Source: Takakia lepidozioides (lineage: Eukaryota; Plantae; Bryophyta). Taken from it: a stretch of DNA of 64,000 nt. Below, piece after piece: positions 11,100 to 24,419 of the stretch. Made by a program: the position numbers and the translations under genes. How positions within the stretch are numbered: the first letter of the stretch is position 1; each line of letters starts with the position of its first letter. The DNA is taken from contig CM060734.1 in assembly GCA_030704615.1 (NCBI GenBank), positions 5,828,001-5,892,000 of the forward strand. Reading direction: 5' to 3'. The notes below the pieces were generated by a model. The model did no database searches. It was not told the origin of the DNA and saw only the letters and a list, made by a program, of their open reading frames with translations.

Positions 11100-14000
11100 C
11101 GTAATTTTTGGAAATACGAGGTTCATCCTTTGAACCATTTTTGAATGACCTCATACTTGTTCGGTACCTGTTCGACGACATGTACAATATACTGGCAAAG
11201 TTTCAAAACAATCAAAAATTGCTGAATGAAGATACCATTGGTTCACCCATTGCAATATTTAAATCGAACTCATACTTGTCCAGTACCTTTAAGAGGGCAT
11301 GTACAATGCAATGGCAAAGTTTGAAAGCATTCAAAAAATTGGCACATCAAGTAACCATTGGTTCATCATGTGAACCATTTTTTTATTGATCTCATACTTG
11401 TCCGGTCCATGTAAGAGGGCAAGTAGAACATACTGGCAAAATTTCAAATCATTCAATTTTTTTTTTATCAAGGAACCTTTGGTTTATCCTTTTCACCATT
11501 AACGATTAATCACGAATAAATGAACAGGCGAATAAATCATTTGTCTCCCCATCGACACCAAGCCATTCCAGAATGTAATTGAATTTAAAATTAATTTTAA
11601 GCCAATAAATAGGTTTGCACTGCCTTTCATTAGGGGTTTTTGGCACGTATCGATTTGTTTTTGGCTTAATTTTGTTCTGCGGCTTCAAGCATCCCACTGC
11701 TACTCCCCCGCCAAAATTTGGACCAATCAAAAATGCCCCAAAAAAAAGGTGTTCTCTTCGCTCACTATTGCAGAACTCTCTCTGAAGAGTGCATGAAGTA
11801 GAGCACAAATCAAGTTTGGAGTGCAAAACAGGCAAGAAACTGTGGTTTTGGGTCCAAATGAATTTTGATCGCTCCCAAATTTGGCACGCACGTTGCATAT
11901 GGAGTCATTACACGTCCCATTCAAAACCAAAATGAAAAAAAAAACATGAGCACGCGAAATGCAGTCCAAACAGGTCCCAAGGTAATAGCAGATCCAACAG
12001 AATACATTCAATGGGTGAACGGATGGTTGCCCATCCAAATCATTTTTGTTTGCTTCCAAACTTTGCCAGTACGTTCGAGACACCCTCTCACAGGTCCCAG
12101 ACTAATATCAGATCAATCAAAATTCATTCGATGGCTCAACGGATGGTTGGCCATCGAAATTATTTTGGTTTGCTTTGAGACTTGGCCAGTATGTTCAATG
12201 TACCATGGAAGAGGCCCCAGAGTAATATGAGATCAATCAAAATTCGTTCAATGGGCCAACGGATGGTTGCCTATCCGAATGATTTTCGTTCGCTTTGAGA
12301 CTTGGCGAGTGTGTTCAATGTACCCTCTGATAGGTCCCAGTGTAGTATGAGATCAATCAAAATTCGTTCGATTGGCCAATGAGGCATTCATTTGTCATCT
12401 GGTTTTTGTTCATTGCGAAAAATAAATCATGCAATGCGTGCACGGCTATTGCACCCATTGAACGAATGTGGTTGAAGCCCCTCTTTTGCCCGCATGTGCT
12501 TGAACATGTGTGCGACACATGTGCGGAGACACAACAGACAAATATCGACGCCAAGCCATTCCAGAATGTAATTGAATTTAAAATTAATTTTAAGCCAATA
12601 AATAGGTTTGCACTGCCTTTCATTGGGGGTTTCTGGCACATATCGATTTTGTTTTTGGCTTAATTTTGTTCTGCGGCTTCAAGCATCCCACTGCCAAAAT
12701 TTGGACCAATCAAAAATGCCCCAAAAAAAAAGTGTTCTCTTCGCTCACTATTGCAGAACTCTCTCTGAAGAGTGCATGAAGTAGAGCACAAATCAAGTTT
12801 GGAGTGCAAAACAGGCAAGAAACTGTGGTTTTGGGTCCAAATGAATTTTGATCGCTCCCAAATTTGGCATGCACGTTGCATATGGAGTCATTACACGTCC
12901 CATTCAAAAACAAAATGAAAAAAAAAACATGAGCATGCGAAACGCAGTCTAACAGGTCGCAAAGTAATAGCAGATCCAACAAAATACATTCAATGGGTGA
13001 ACGGATGGTTGCCCATCCAAATCATTTTTGTTTGCTTCCAAACTTTGCCAGTACGTTTGAGACACCCTCTCACAGATCCCGGACTAATATCAGATCAATC
13101 AAAATTCATTCGATGGCTCAACGGATGGTTGGCCATCGAAATTATTTTGGTTCGCTTTGAGACTTGGCCAGTATGTTCAATGTACCATGGAAGAGGCCCC
13201 AAAAGTAATATGAGATCAATCGAAATTCGTTCAATGGGCCAACGGATGGTTGCCCATCCAAATGATTTTCGTTCGCTTTGAAACTTGGCGAGTGTGTTCA
13301 ATGTACCCTCTGATAGGTCCCAGTGTAATATGAGATCAATAGTTAACGATTAATCATGAATCATCCAACAAGGGAACTGTTGGTTCACCCTTTGAACCAT
13401 TTAACATTGACATCATACTTGTTCAGTAACTTTAAGAGGGCATGTACAAGACACTTGCAAAGTTTCAAATCAATCCAAAATCATTTGGCAGGGGAATGAT
13501 TGGTTCACCCATAGCCAATTTGAGGGGCTAAAATTGCCATTTCAGGGGCTGCACTAGCAATTGTCATTTCAGGGGCTAGAATTGCAATTTGAGGGGTTGG
13601 AATTGACAATTTCAAGGGCTTAAATTACAATTTGAGGGGCGGCCGGGGTTGGTCATTTTAGGGACTGACATTACCAATTTTAAGGGCTTGAATTGCATTT
13701 TGAATTGTAATTCAAGGGTTAGAATGGGCCATTGGGGGGCTAGAATTACCAAAGCAATGACATCCAAAGCAATATAAAATCATTTGATAGCGGAATGATT
13801 GGTTCACCCTTTCAACCATTTTTTATTCACGTCATACTTGTCCGGTACTTGTAAGAGGGCATGTGGCTGACACTTGCAAAGCTTCAAAGCAATGTAAAAT
13901 CATTTGATAGGGGAACAATTGGTTCACCCTTTCAACCATATTTTACTGACCTCATACTTGTCTGGTACCTTTAAGATGGCATGTGAAAGACACTTGCAAA

Positions 14001-15030
14001 GCTTTAAAGCACTCAAAAATCATTTGATATGTTCATGATTGATTCACCCTTTCAACCATTTTAGATTGACTTGAAACTTGTGAAAGACCTGTAAGAGGGC
14101 ATGTACAAGACACTTGCAAAGTTTCAAATCAATTTAAAATCATTTGGTAGGGGGACGATTGGTTCACCCTTTAAACCATTTTAGATTGATGTCATACTTC
14201 TCAAAGACGTGTAAGAGGGCATGTAGAAGACACTTGCAAAGTTTCGGAGCAATAAAATATCATTTCATCGGGGAAGTTTCCATTCACCCTATCATCCAAT
14301 TTTGAATTGAACTGGATTTTTACTAAATAAAATGATTTAGAGGCCATAGGATTGTGAGGCGCATGGTATGGGGCGCAATGATTTTGTTTTTGGCTTGATT
14401 TTGTTCTATGAGTTGAACCCTCACACTACCACATCATTCCCAAAAAATGTACCAAAAAAAAATGTTTGAAAAAAAACGTTCATCATTTGCTCTATGCTCA
14501 CTATTGCAGAACTCTTTATGAAGAGTGCATGAAGTTGAAGATAACTTCACCTTGGAGTGCAAATGAGGGAATAAAATGTGTTTTGGATGCAGACGATGTC
14601 TGTTCATGGTGATATTTTGCATGCAATCCTTCATGTTGTTATCAAGCATATGGCTTCATAATGGAATTAAAAATAATTCATGTGCAGGCGAAAGGTTGTT
14701 TTCTATACTACCTCCGTTATGAATTTGAATAACCCATTCAAACAACTTTGTTGAAGTTCAACTTTGGTCCATATGTGCTTAAGTACGTATAAATCACATA
14801 CACAAAGTTGCAAGTGAAGAAAAAATCATTTGCCCCCCGAACGACTCGTTAAACCTTTCAACCAATTTTCAATCACGATCATTTAATAGGGGAACTATTG
14901 GTTCACCCTTAGAACCATTTTAGATTGACCTCATACTTGTCCGGTAACTTAAAAAAAACATGTACAAGACACTCCCAAAGTTTCAAATCAATCTAAAATC
15001 ATTTGGCAGGGGAACGATTGGTTCACCCAT
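11100..15030. repeat. Complex satellite: ~120-bp monomers in both orientations, internal ~0.8-kb duplication and ~21-bp subrepeat (13520-13750)
   Basis: Monomer GGTTCACCCTT...TCATACTTGT...AAGAGGGCATGT recurs; 11960-12370 and 12960-13340 are reverse-complement monomers; 11535-12360 duplicates 12548-13340. Confidence 0.9.
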
Positions 15031-15219
15031 TGACCCGGTGTACACTGTTACTCTTTAAGATTCGTGGGCGTGGTGCTTGATTATCCCATATGATGGACCC
15101 AGGTGTCATGGCCAAGTAACAAACCATTAAAACATTATGGTACGAGACAAACACAATTGAAAACAACATTTATTCAAACATGATATACAGTCAGAGGTCT
15201 ACAAGTTTTTATCCATCCT

Positions 15220-16594
15220 CTAGCAATTTTTGGGCTCAGGCCAATTGAATAGCCCTGTCATGAAACGCTTCACAACATTTTCTAGTTTGTACCGCAACTC
15301 TACTGTGTTTACACACAAGTTTTCTAGAGCCGAAGCAAAACATGTTCCAGTAGACATATCGTTGAACAGGCTTGCATCGAACGTGTTACCCCTATTTATT
15401 GCCTGGGCTATCTTCCCAATTGCAAAGGTCTCTGATGGCACGGTTAGAGGGGGCCTATGAGGTGTGCCATTTGACTGGTTGTTGGCTACATTATGAACAA
15501 TTGCAATTTCAGGTGCAATCCACCATCTATGTACGAGAGTCTTTATCATCTTGTCTCTGCTCTCGAAAATGTACAACGTGATTTTTGGGTCATCCATCGT
15601 GGAGGCCATCCCCCAATCGCATTACCCGATGTACACATCTTCAGACTCTTGTGGAAAATGCAACAAAATGTTGTCGGGGGACATGTCGTTGTGCAAGAGG
15701 TGGTGATTATGGACGTTGAGCATGATGTGCAAAAACGCCCATGCCAATTGGGTGCGATTCTGTCGGAATCAAACTAGTCGGTTGACCTCCTGCATTTCCT
15801 GCTCCGCCCCTCGTCGTTCCATTAACTCCCTGTTATCCCGATCATTTCTCCATCGCAAAATACTTTATGATGCCAAAATGATGGAACTTTACAGCCAACG
15901 CCTCATTGTTATGTTGGACTTTGGCAAGCATTTGTTACGAGAACACCTGTAGCTGCCAACTTCGGAGGAAGAGTTGTTTGTGCTTGTGGATTGGTGGTCA
16001 AACATGGCAAAGGCCCACATCAAACGACGTACGAAACCACTCCCATGGAAGGCAGGGTCCTCGTCCGCGGATGCGGCATTGAACGTGAGATACATATCCA
16101 CAAACGCACATGTACAACAACTCGATGCGCCCAAACGGGGAGGGTTGGTACAATTCGGAGGATTAGAATTGTTGGGGATCAATTCATTTCTCCATCCTGG
16201 GAGCTAGCAAGGAAAACGCCCAGGGAGTTTACCTCAGATTCCATGTGGCATCATGGGCCCGGTCCTCCATCCATTTCGTGAACTCGAACTTCGCATTGTC
16301 CTCCTCCCATTCATCCCCGGCCAAAGCTTCCCTCATTCTTATCTCCATATTGTGTTGGAATCTAAGGAACCCCTCATTCCCATGTCGGACATACAAAAGA
16401 TTCAAACGTATTATGTCATTGTCCTTCAAATAATCCAGCACTACTTACTTCACCATCTTCGCGGCCTCTGCACTTGGATAGTCTTTTTTGTTGACCTGAC
16501 TATCTCGTTCATGTGCATGTTTACGCTTCCTACCTTTACGCCCACTTCCCGAGGAACCCCCTGACACTGCGTTCGGAGCAATGTTTCCGGACAT
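15220..16594 (-). pseudogene. TE-borne Ser/Thr protein-kinase-like gene, disrupted and partly inverted
   Basis: Minus-frame translation through stops: HNDMSPDNILL (HND 15693-15685), CDWGMAS (DWG 15618-15610), WWIAPE (APE 15516-15508), SETFAIG; N-terminal MSGNIAP...GRKGRKRKH (NLS-like). Confidence 0.8.
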
Positions 16595-17202
16595 GATGAA
16601 AGTACTCTGTGAAATAGACGCGGCTTCGTAACGGAAAACTAAACCCAGACTATTGATAACCTTATATACTATCAGACCAATTTCCTCACCCTCTATTGGT
16701 ATAGTACCTAAAGCAAACTGTCTCCCGCAGTCCCAGGAAAAAAAAGGCAAAAACTCCTCCCCCACACAAATCCACCTTCTCCCCCCCCCCACGGCTCAGT
16801 CCTGGCCACCGAAGTTGAAACTCCAAGAAGCCCCAGAAGTGCACTCAGAGAGAGGGAAAAAAGTGGGTTGAGAATGAGGGGTAGGCCCTTATATACTGCT
16901 TGGAGAGGCCTGCCTTGAGCGGCGCGCGACCGCCTCTGCTGCCCATTCACGCCTCGTCACGTGTCCACGTAGCGGTCGCGCCTATGGGTGGTCGCAGCTA
17001 ATAACAAAACAAAAAAACTGCTGCGACCCCCCCCTGCTGGTGGTCGCACTTTTTTAAAAACAAAACGAAAATGTGCGACCCCCCATAAGCGGTCACACCT
17101 AATAACAAAAAAGAAAAAGTCTGCGACCACCACCGGCTGGTGGTCGCACCCATTTAAAAAATAATTAAAAATATGCGACCATCCCCTGCTGGTGGTCGCA
17201 CC

Positions 17203-20200
17203 CAGTGTCCGGGAAATATTTTGAGTTGAACCAGCCAGTGGCCGCTCATTTTCAACACCAACCGGCTAAGTGGGTTGGGGGGTCGGCTGCTGCCCCTTAG
17301 TGGTAACTTCAGGCGGTCAATTTCCTACATATTGTTTTACAACCGGTAATTTTTTTATTTTTTTTTGGTGTGTTCGGCTATAAATCCGGCCATTGTACAT
17401 ATCAACCGGTTCATTTCCTGCAAATGAAAATTAAATTCGGCTGCATACAACAAATTCAACAAATGAAACACAATAAATAATCGCAACCAATTTTAAGCAA
17501 TTCAAACAAGTGCAGAAAAGTATCCTTGGCAGGAGTTGAACCTGTCAATGCCCTCCACCAGTTGGAGGCCAAGGATCGAACCCTTCTAAAATGCAAGGAC
17601 CTCAACCAAAAGTTGAAGGGCCTTGAATTTTAGAAGCGTTACCTATCTAAACAAACAAACAAACATAAATTCAAAACTGCAAATCATCATTCGTACCTTC
17701 TGCATATGATGGCCCACCTTCTGGTTGTCCAACTATTGGCTGTCCAGCTAAATATAGCTCAGGATGAGAGAACAAATGTTTGAAGTTTGTGGAGTTCTTC
17801 CACAAAGATATGGCCTCAATCAAAACAGGTTGACATGCCTGCACACTTGGCCCTTCCAAAGCAACACGAAGCACACTTTCCAAGTTCTTTGTTTTCAACT
17901 TGTTTCGAAATTTAGTTTTGATTGAGTTTTGAACTGAGAATGCCCTCTCACATGCGGCAGTGCTTACACATTGAACTCGAGCAATTTCAGAAAGCACAAG
18001 CAATTTTCATACTTCATCGTTAGAGAAGGGTTCCAAGTCACCATGCCCCAAAGATCCTTGAAAGTTTTCTCCATCCACTCGGTACTTGCCTGTAGTTTGA
18101 AAGCAAAGAACTCTCGTTTCACCGCTGCTATGTCAACAAGGGCAGGCAATGTCCTTCCTGCAATATGTCTTTCGACACCATAGTGCGCACATAATATTTC
18201 CAACTCTACTACACCCCAACTTGCTAACCCCACTTGCCTAGTTGGTAGGTTACATGGACTCAATATTTTGAATGCACTTACAACTCCGTTGTCCTCAAAA
18301 TCTGGCATCCAAAGCATTGCAAACAGCCTCTGCATAAAGCTTTTGGAAGGTAAGTGCTGCCTCCAAATCACCCCCCATCCTCTCTCGTGTCATTTGTACC
18401 CATGAAAATTGGATCCCCTAATCTCAGAGGCTAGCCGCCTCAAATACCCACCAGGAGGACCAAATTCCGGATGATGTGATAACCCATTTCCTCATTGAAG
18501 GTAGATTGGTTCAAATCCGTGCTATCCTCAATGAAAAACATTCGTATTTGTGCAATCTCTGTCTTAACTATGGACCCAATGCTGGTTACATCCACAAACT
18601 TCCATTGGAACACACGTGAGAGTAGAGATAGACCGTGCAACATATCAGCCAAAAAATACAAGACATAAATCATTTTGAATGACCTAAGCTTGTTATACAA
18701 AAGAGAGGCTGATCCATCATCATTGGCAACCGGCACATCTCTAAAATACGTGACAACACTCTCAAGACTATCACAAAGCGATGTCACGGCCTGCCACCTA
18801 GATAACCAACGAATCTTGTGAAACCTTTTGAGGCACTTCTGAGCATCATTAAGCTCGGTCTGCAAAGCTTGCAAGGTTGCCTTACGCTTAGATGATTTGC
18901 GAAAATGACCAACAAGAGAGTTCAAAAGTGTGTCAACCTCATTTGAAATAAGATGACATGCTGATGTCTTGGCAGCTTCTAATGCTGCCAAGTTGGTCCT
19001 ATGTGCTACGCAATGGACGGCCAACATAAAGGGGTTTACCTTTTGCTTAAGACGAGCAGCCACGCCGGATCGAGCCCCCACCATGGTTGCTGCCCCCATC
19101 CGAACCAAACCCCAAAAACTTATCTACATCCAAACCCCACTCTTTCAAACTAGTTAGTAAACACTCATATATCATTGCGGCATCCTTCTTGCCATCAATA
19201 ATCTGAAGTAAACCAAAAACAGAGTGACTGGCAAACCCTCTTCAACAAAAGAAGCAAAAACAACAAGATGACCGGTCACTGAAATGTCAGTTGACTCATC
19301 TATCATGATTCCATAGGACTTGGAATCCTTCACTCTATCCAACACCTTTTTCTGAACAACACATGAGATACAATACAATATATCAGCACACGACTTCTCA
19401 GTACAGTTTCTGGGTAATACAAGCTTTGAGAGTAACCAAAAGTTGACACAAACCTGGAAATTTGCTAAATGGCAAGGCCTCCAAACCAATGTAGTAAGCA
19501 ACTTGGAAAAGAGCCAAAACAGCATCATCACAAGCTCGATTAGCACTAGCTATGGCTTTCTCCATGGCTTTCTTACCAGATTGTAGGGCCCAAGAGAACT
19601 TACGATGCTCTTCTGACCTAGCATGGTCTTGGAATGAACTCACCTTGACATTGACAGAACCAGCATTTGCAAAGACTGTCCTCCCTCCTTTCCCTCTACA
19701 AACTTTACAAAAACCCTACCTAGATCATGGTTAAACTCAATCCAATCAAATTGAGTGTACCAAACATCTTTCCATGCTTTCTGGGCTGCCTCTACACTAT
19801 TCGATGGCTTGTCCATACCACTTGAAGATGAGGCAGGGGGGACAGCGGAAGGAGACTCCTCATCACAATCACCCAGTGCGACCAGCCCTAAATAACATAT
19901 TTCTTAGATTCCTTTGGCGCTTGGCCATAGCCAAGACCTTACAAAATACAAATTTATAGCACGGAAATTGCAACAAGGAAGGGCCAGCGAGTGCAAGCAG
20001 GCGGGAGCGTCGGCAGCACATCAACATACAGCCAGTGGTAAGTGCGGGCCCCGGCAGGTGAGATGTGGACTTAGCAAAGAACGAGTGCAAGGCCTGCCAA
20101 CTGCCTGAAGCAAATCAGAAAATAGAAGGGGAGGTGGGTCAGAAATGGGTGCGAGGTGAGATGCAGCCCTCCCAGCCGCCTTTGCCCGACACAAAATAGA

Positions 20201-21143
20201 CACAGCTTGTGCCTGCTGCAAAGCAACAGAAACCGTGGTCGAAAGAACGGTAGAAGAACCGAAGGGGGAGGCCTACCAATGCCTTTGCTTTTTACTGCAT
20301 GATGAGCACAAAGTATGCAGAAAGTCATGTAGCTGTAGACTTCGAAAGGCAAAAGTCATAACCTCTCACTAGGAAAAGCAAAGACATAACCAAATGAAAC
20401 AAAGACTCATGCCTGGGCCTTGAAGTGTGGTAGCACGCAGCGAGTGCAAGCAGGCGGGAGCGTCGGCAGCACATCAACATACAGCCAGTGGTAAGTGCGG
20501 GCCCGGCAGGTGAGCAAAGGACTTAGCAAAGAACGAATGCAAGGCTGAAAACATGCCTGGGCCTTGAAGTGTGGTAGCACGCAGCGAGTGCAAGCAGGCG
20601 GGAGCGTCGGCAGCACATCAACATACAGCCAGTGGTAAGTGCGGGCCCGGCAGGTGAGCAAAGGACTTAGCAAAGAACGAGTGCAAGGCTCTTCTAGGGT
20701 TTGCCCCCAACCACCCTGGCTCCGTCCGTTGGATGTAACCAGGCGTGGGCCCTGGCATGCTGGATTTCCGCCACGTGGCAAGGCTCTTCTAGTCTCTTCT
20801 AGGGTTTGCCCCCAACCACCCTGACCCCGTCCGTTGGATGTAACCAGGCCTGGGCCCTGGCATGCTGGATTTCCGGCACGTGGCAGCATTCAACGGCCAT
20901 TTTCCGTTTTCTTATAAGATAAGAACGGCTGGAATCCGTCCAGGCGTGCCAACTAAGGCATATTTCCGGCATTTACTGATACGGAAAGGCAAAAATCCGT
21001 CCTCTGAGTCAGGCACTCGGATGATTTCCTCTTGGGCCATTTTTTCCGTCGGTTCATTTTCCGGAGGTTTCATGTTATACCCGGAAATTCCAGGATGGCA
21101 CTCGGCTGGCATGTAACTGGCTGCCGGTTCTTCCCGTTCATTG
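17203..21143 (-). mobile_element. Full-length hAT DNA transposon (3941 bp)
   Basis: 8-bp TSD GTCGCACC at 17195-17202 and 21144-21151; imperfect TIR CAGTGTCCGGGAA / CAATGAACGGGAA; internal ~145-bp tandem repeats 19985-20690. Confidence 0.92.
17671..19900 (-). pseudogene. hAT transposase (ZNF862/DUF4371-type) with hATC dimerisation domain, frameshifted
   Basis: FCKVC...DHARSEEH zinc finger, IMIDESTD, HCVAHRTNL, IRWLSR, STAACERAFS...RNKL. Confidence 0.9.
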
Positions 21144-21360
21144 GTCGCACCTATTTAAAAAAAATGAAAATGTTGTGACCACCACCTGCTGGTGGTCGTA
21201 CCCAATTTAAAAAAAAGAAAAAATGTGCGACCACCCTCTGCTTGTGGTCACACCTATTAAAAAAAATGAAAATGCTGAGACGAGGCCGCCTGACCGGCGT
21301 GGGGCCCACTGTTGCAGAGCGTCCGCTTGCTCGCTTTGCGCTGCTACCGCTGTCGCTACT

Positions 21361-24300
21361 GCCAACTTTTCCTTCTTCTTGCTCTTCCTCCTGAGCTCTT
21401 CTCTTCTTCCTCATCTTCTTCCTCATCATCATCCCTCTTATCTATCCTGAGCATTCCCAATTGCACAATTATGTTGGCTGTTTTGAATGCCTCCTCCACT
21501 GTATTATGGGGTAGCATATCCATTTTCTTTTGTAACTCGGGTCTTAGTCCACTCACAAACCAAGTCTTCTGTAATCCTGGTGCTGATACAACAACTAGCT
21601 TTTTCATCATTAACTCCATCTTTTCCATATATTATTCAACAGTTTCATGCTTCTTTTGCCTCAACTGTTGTAAATTCCCATACACATCATCCTTAGTTTT
21701 GTTTGTCCTGAAACTGTTTCGGAATGTTGTACTAAGGCCATTCCAGGTTAGGAAATGATTATTAGGAAACCTTGCATACCATTCACTTGCTTTCTTGATA
21801 AGTGAACAAGGAAACAGTCTCAATTTAACATCATCGCCATTCTCATTGTTCACTATACACATGTGCTCAAATTGGCTGATGTGTACATCAGGATCCCCTT
21901 TTCCTGCATATATTGGAAAATGTGGCTTTGCCCGTGTTGGAGGTACCGCCATCTGTGGCCCTACACCCTGCCCTTTGACAGGTGCTGGTCCTTGAGGACC
22001 TGCTGTTGTAGTGGTAGAACTCCCACCAGGTGTTGGCCCCTGAGCACTCCCTGTTGCTGCCCCCCCTGTACTTGCAGTACCCTCAGCTCGAGTTGCACTA
22101 CTTCCCACACTCTCCATCCCCCCAGAGCCAGATCCAAGCTGCCCGCCTGATCCCCCTGAGCCGACACTTGTGTTGGCTTGTGATCTAAGTGCTCCACTTG
22201 ATCCAGGTCCAACAGGTTGGGATGTCCTGGTTGTAGTCTCAACCTCAACTGTTGGGTCTACTTCTTCATACTCTTCATCTTCCAAGTTCTTCTCTCTGTT
22301 TTCATCTTCCAAGTTCTTCTCTTGGATTTCTTCTTCCTCACTCATATAACTCAACTGACGTGGTGTTGGAGAGTCTGAACTCTCCATTGGCTCTGCCACA
22401 TCTTCCTCTCCTTCTTGTCGTGTGTTTTCAGAAACTCTGGAGTTCCTGCTTTTGGTGTTCCATGCCAACTCTGATCAAAGATTTCTGTCAAATCTTTAAT
22501 CCCAGGTGTACCTCAAGATCTTTCCCCTCGTGGCTGATCTTCTTCCTTACTTTACCAAATCCCTTAAAGCTTTCTTGTAAAGAATAAGAAGGAGTGGCTT
22601 CCAATTCTGGTTCTTCCGGTATAGGTGATGTACTCTATAGCCTTAATGGTTGAGAGGTCCAGATGATTCCCCTATGTCTATTCCTCTCGCTCCCAGAGAT
22701 ATGGATAATTAGCTTTCAAATAACTTTCTCTTTTTGCTGAATATCTGTGGAGTCTAGCTTCATTTTCATAATTCATGTCCCATGACTTTCACTCTTTAAA
22801 TGAGGCAATACCAAAACTCTCTTAAGTAGTATCTCTCTCGTATATGCCTGAATTTTTTTCAAGCTTTATGCACCCTTGGCTATATTAGATGGGCTTCGTT
22901 GCCATATAACCCATATGGCAAGCACGTCTGAAAAGTTTTTCTTGGTGTAAGTTTGATCCACAGATATCCTTAGGAATCCAATTCTTTACCAGTACAAGTT
23001 CTTCATGCATATGAGTAAAACATTCACTTTCCGTTCCTCCCAGCCTTCAAACTCCACTCGTTTAATGGATAGCAACGCTATCACATAACCAATGTTGGCA
23101 ACCATCTAGCTCTCCTTTTACAGGCCACTTGATAAATCTTTATCACTCCTTCTCTCCAGACCCTACTCTGGATCACACCATACACTCTCTTAGATGTTTT
23201 CTTTGCAACCGTCTTGGCAATTCCAAGAACCTCTGAAAGAATTGTTTTTGGACAATATTTTCTTTCTTTCTTAGTTTCACAGGGAATTTGATTCACATCA
23301 ATTCCTTGATTCTCATCCCCATGATCCCATCGGAGCCTGTTGACCACATCGGGTTGTTCTTGACTCAGTTCCCCAGTATGGGTCTTCCAAATGTCGAGCG
23401 GGCTTTTACACTCACCCATCCCCTTAGCTATCCGGGTGGAACTCCAAGATAGAAGAGTTGGAAATCTCTAAATACTTAGCCCCTCTCAGAACAATCAGTC
23501 ATGACCTACAACTAGATGTATCATGGGGTGCTTCATATTTGTTATCCTTCTCACATTCATGTTAGCAAAGTTACTTAACTGTCTATGATTAAGTATCAGA
23601 TTGCTTCTCAATCTACCATGTTTCATCTACTCAAACTTCATTCCACAGCTTCACTCATTCTCTCTACGACGTGTGAATATACAATAATAATCATATTAAT
23701 ATCTATCAGTATCAGGCCGAAGCATGGGTGTCTCTAACTGTTCTACATTGCAGCTCTACAGCTTGCATGTATCAAGCATCATCTCGTCGTATCTCCTCCT
23801 CTATGTAAACTCCATCCCTATACTCCAAGATCGTGCTCTCCGTCGTGATGCCAGAACATGTCCCAGCCGTGATCTCCCCAGTAACGTCCAAGAAGTTCCC
23901 CTCCCCTCGTCGCTACTCTGCATATTCTACTTGCAAGCTGTTCGAACCGCCTAATTAACTAACTGCCATCCCAGACAGAATGCACGTTCCCTCTGCAGAT
24001 GTCGTTACCACACAATCATTCCCTGCCAATGATAATCGTCCCCTGTGAACGCTGTGACAGGCTGTGCCAAGCTATGTCGGGCTGTGACTTGCCGTGTCAG
24101 ACTGTGACTGGCTGTGTGAAGCTGTTTCGGGTTGTGACTGGCTGTATCAGGCTACGTCTGACTGTGTCAGGTTGTGTCGGACTGTGTCAGGCTGTGATAG
24201 GCTTTGATAGACTGTGATAGATTGTGTCGGGCTATGATAGGCTGTGTAAGCCTGTGACTGACTGTGTGAGCCTGTCTGCCACCCCTAAGGTCTGTGTCTG

Positions 24301-24407
24301 TCACCCTAAGGCCTGTGTTGGTCTGTTCCTACCATCCGAAAGTATGCGCAAAATTAAGGGTACCCCACATACCCGTAAACTGTCTAAGTCCCAGACAGCC
24401 CTCGAAC
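21361..24407 (-). mobile_element. 5' part of a Ty3/Gypsy element (LTR, ORF0, gag), truncated; same family as 41170-48690
   Basis: TGTTCGAG start at 24407, CTGTG-type repeats 24040-24280, retrotrans_gag motif DPDVHISQFE...KLRLFPCSLIKKASEWY; high DNA similarity to 46260-48690. Confidence 0.85.
22800..23503 (-). pseudogene. ORF0 (F-box-like) upstream of gag, frameshifted copy
   Basis: Homologous to 47712..48386 (QFFQRFLELP...VIKIYQVACKRRARWLPTLV). Confidence 0.6.
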
Positions 24408-24419
24408 AATATTTCCATA

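Larger units (their letters stand above)
16970..21270. repeat. Palindrome array A (right), 16970-17202 and 21144-21270, split by a hAT insertion
   Basis: Same TGCGACCACC...GGTGGTCGCA unit as 7100-8040; about seven units. Confidence 0.9.

Noticed and set aside
11506-13301. Repeated ORFs such as MQRACQIWERSK
   Set aside because: By-products of the satellite duplication; no protein motifs.
8463-16594. Endogenous giant-virus origin for the RING/kinase/F-box genes
   Set aside because: No NCLDV core genes seen and the context is transposon-like; not excluded, but unsupported.
22461-22480. tRNA-Met PBS-like GATCAGAG
   Set aside because: Incomplete match lying within the gag reading frame; no PBS confidently identified for this family.
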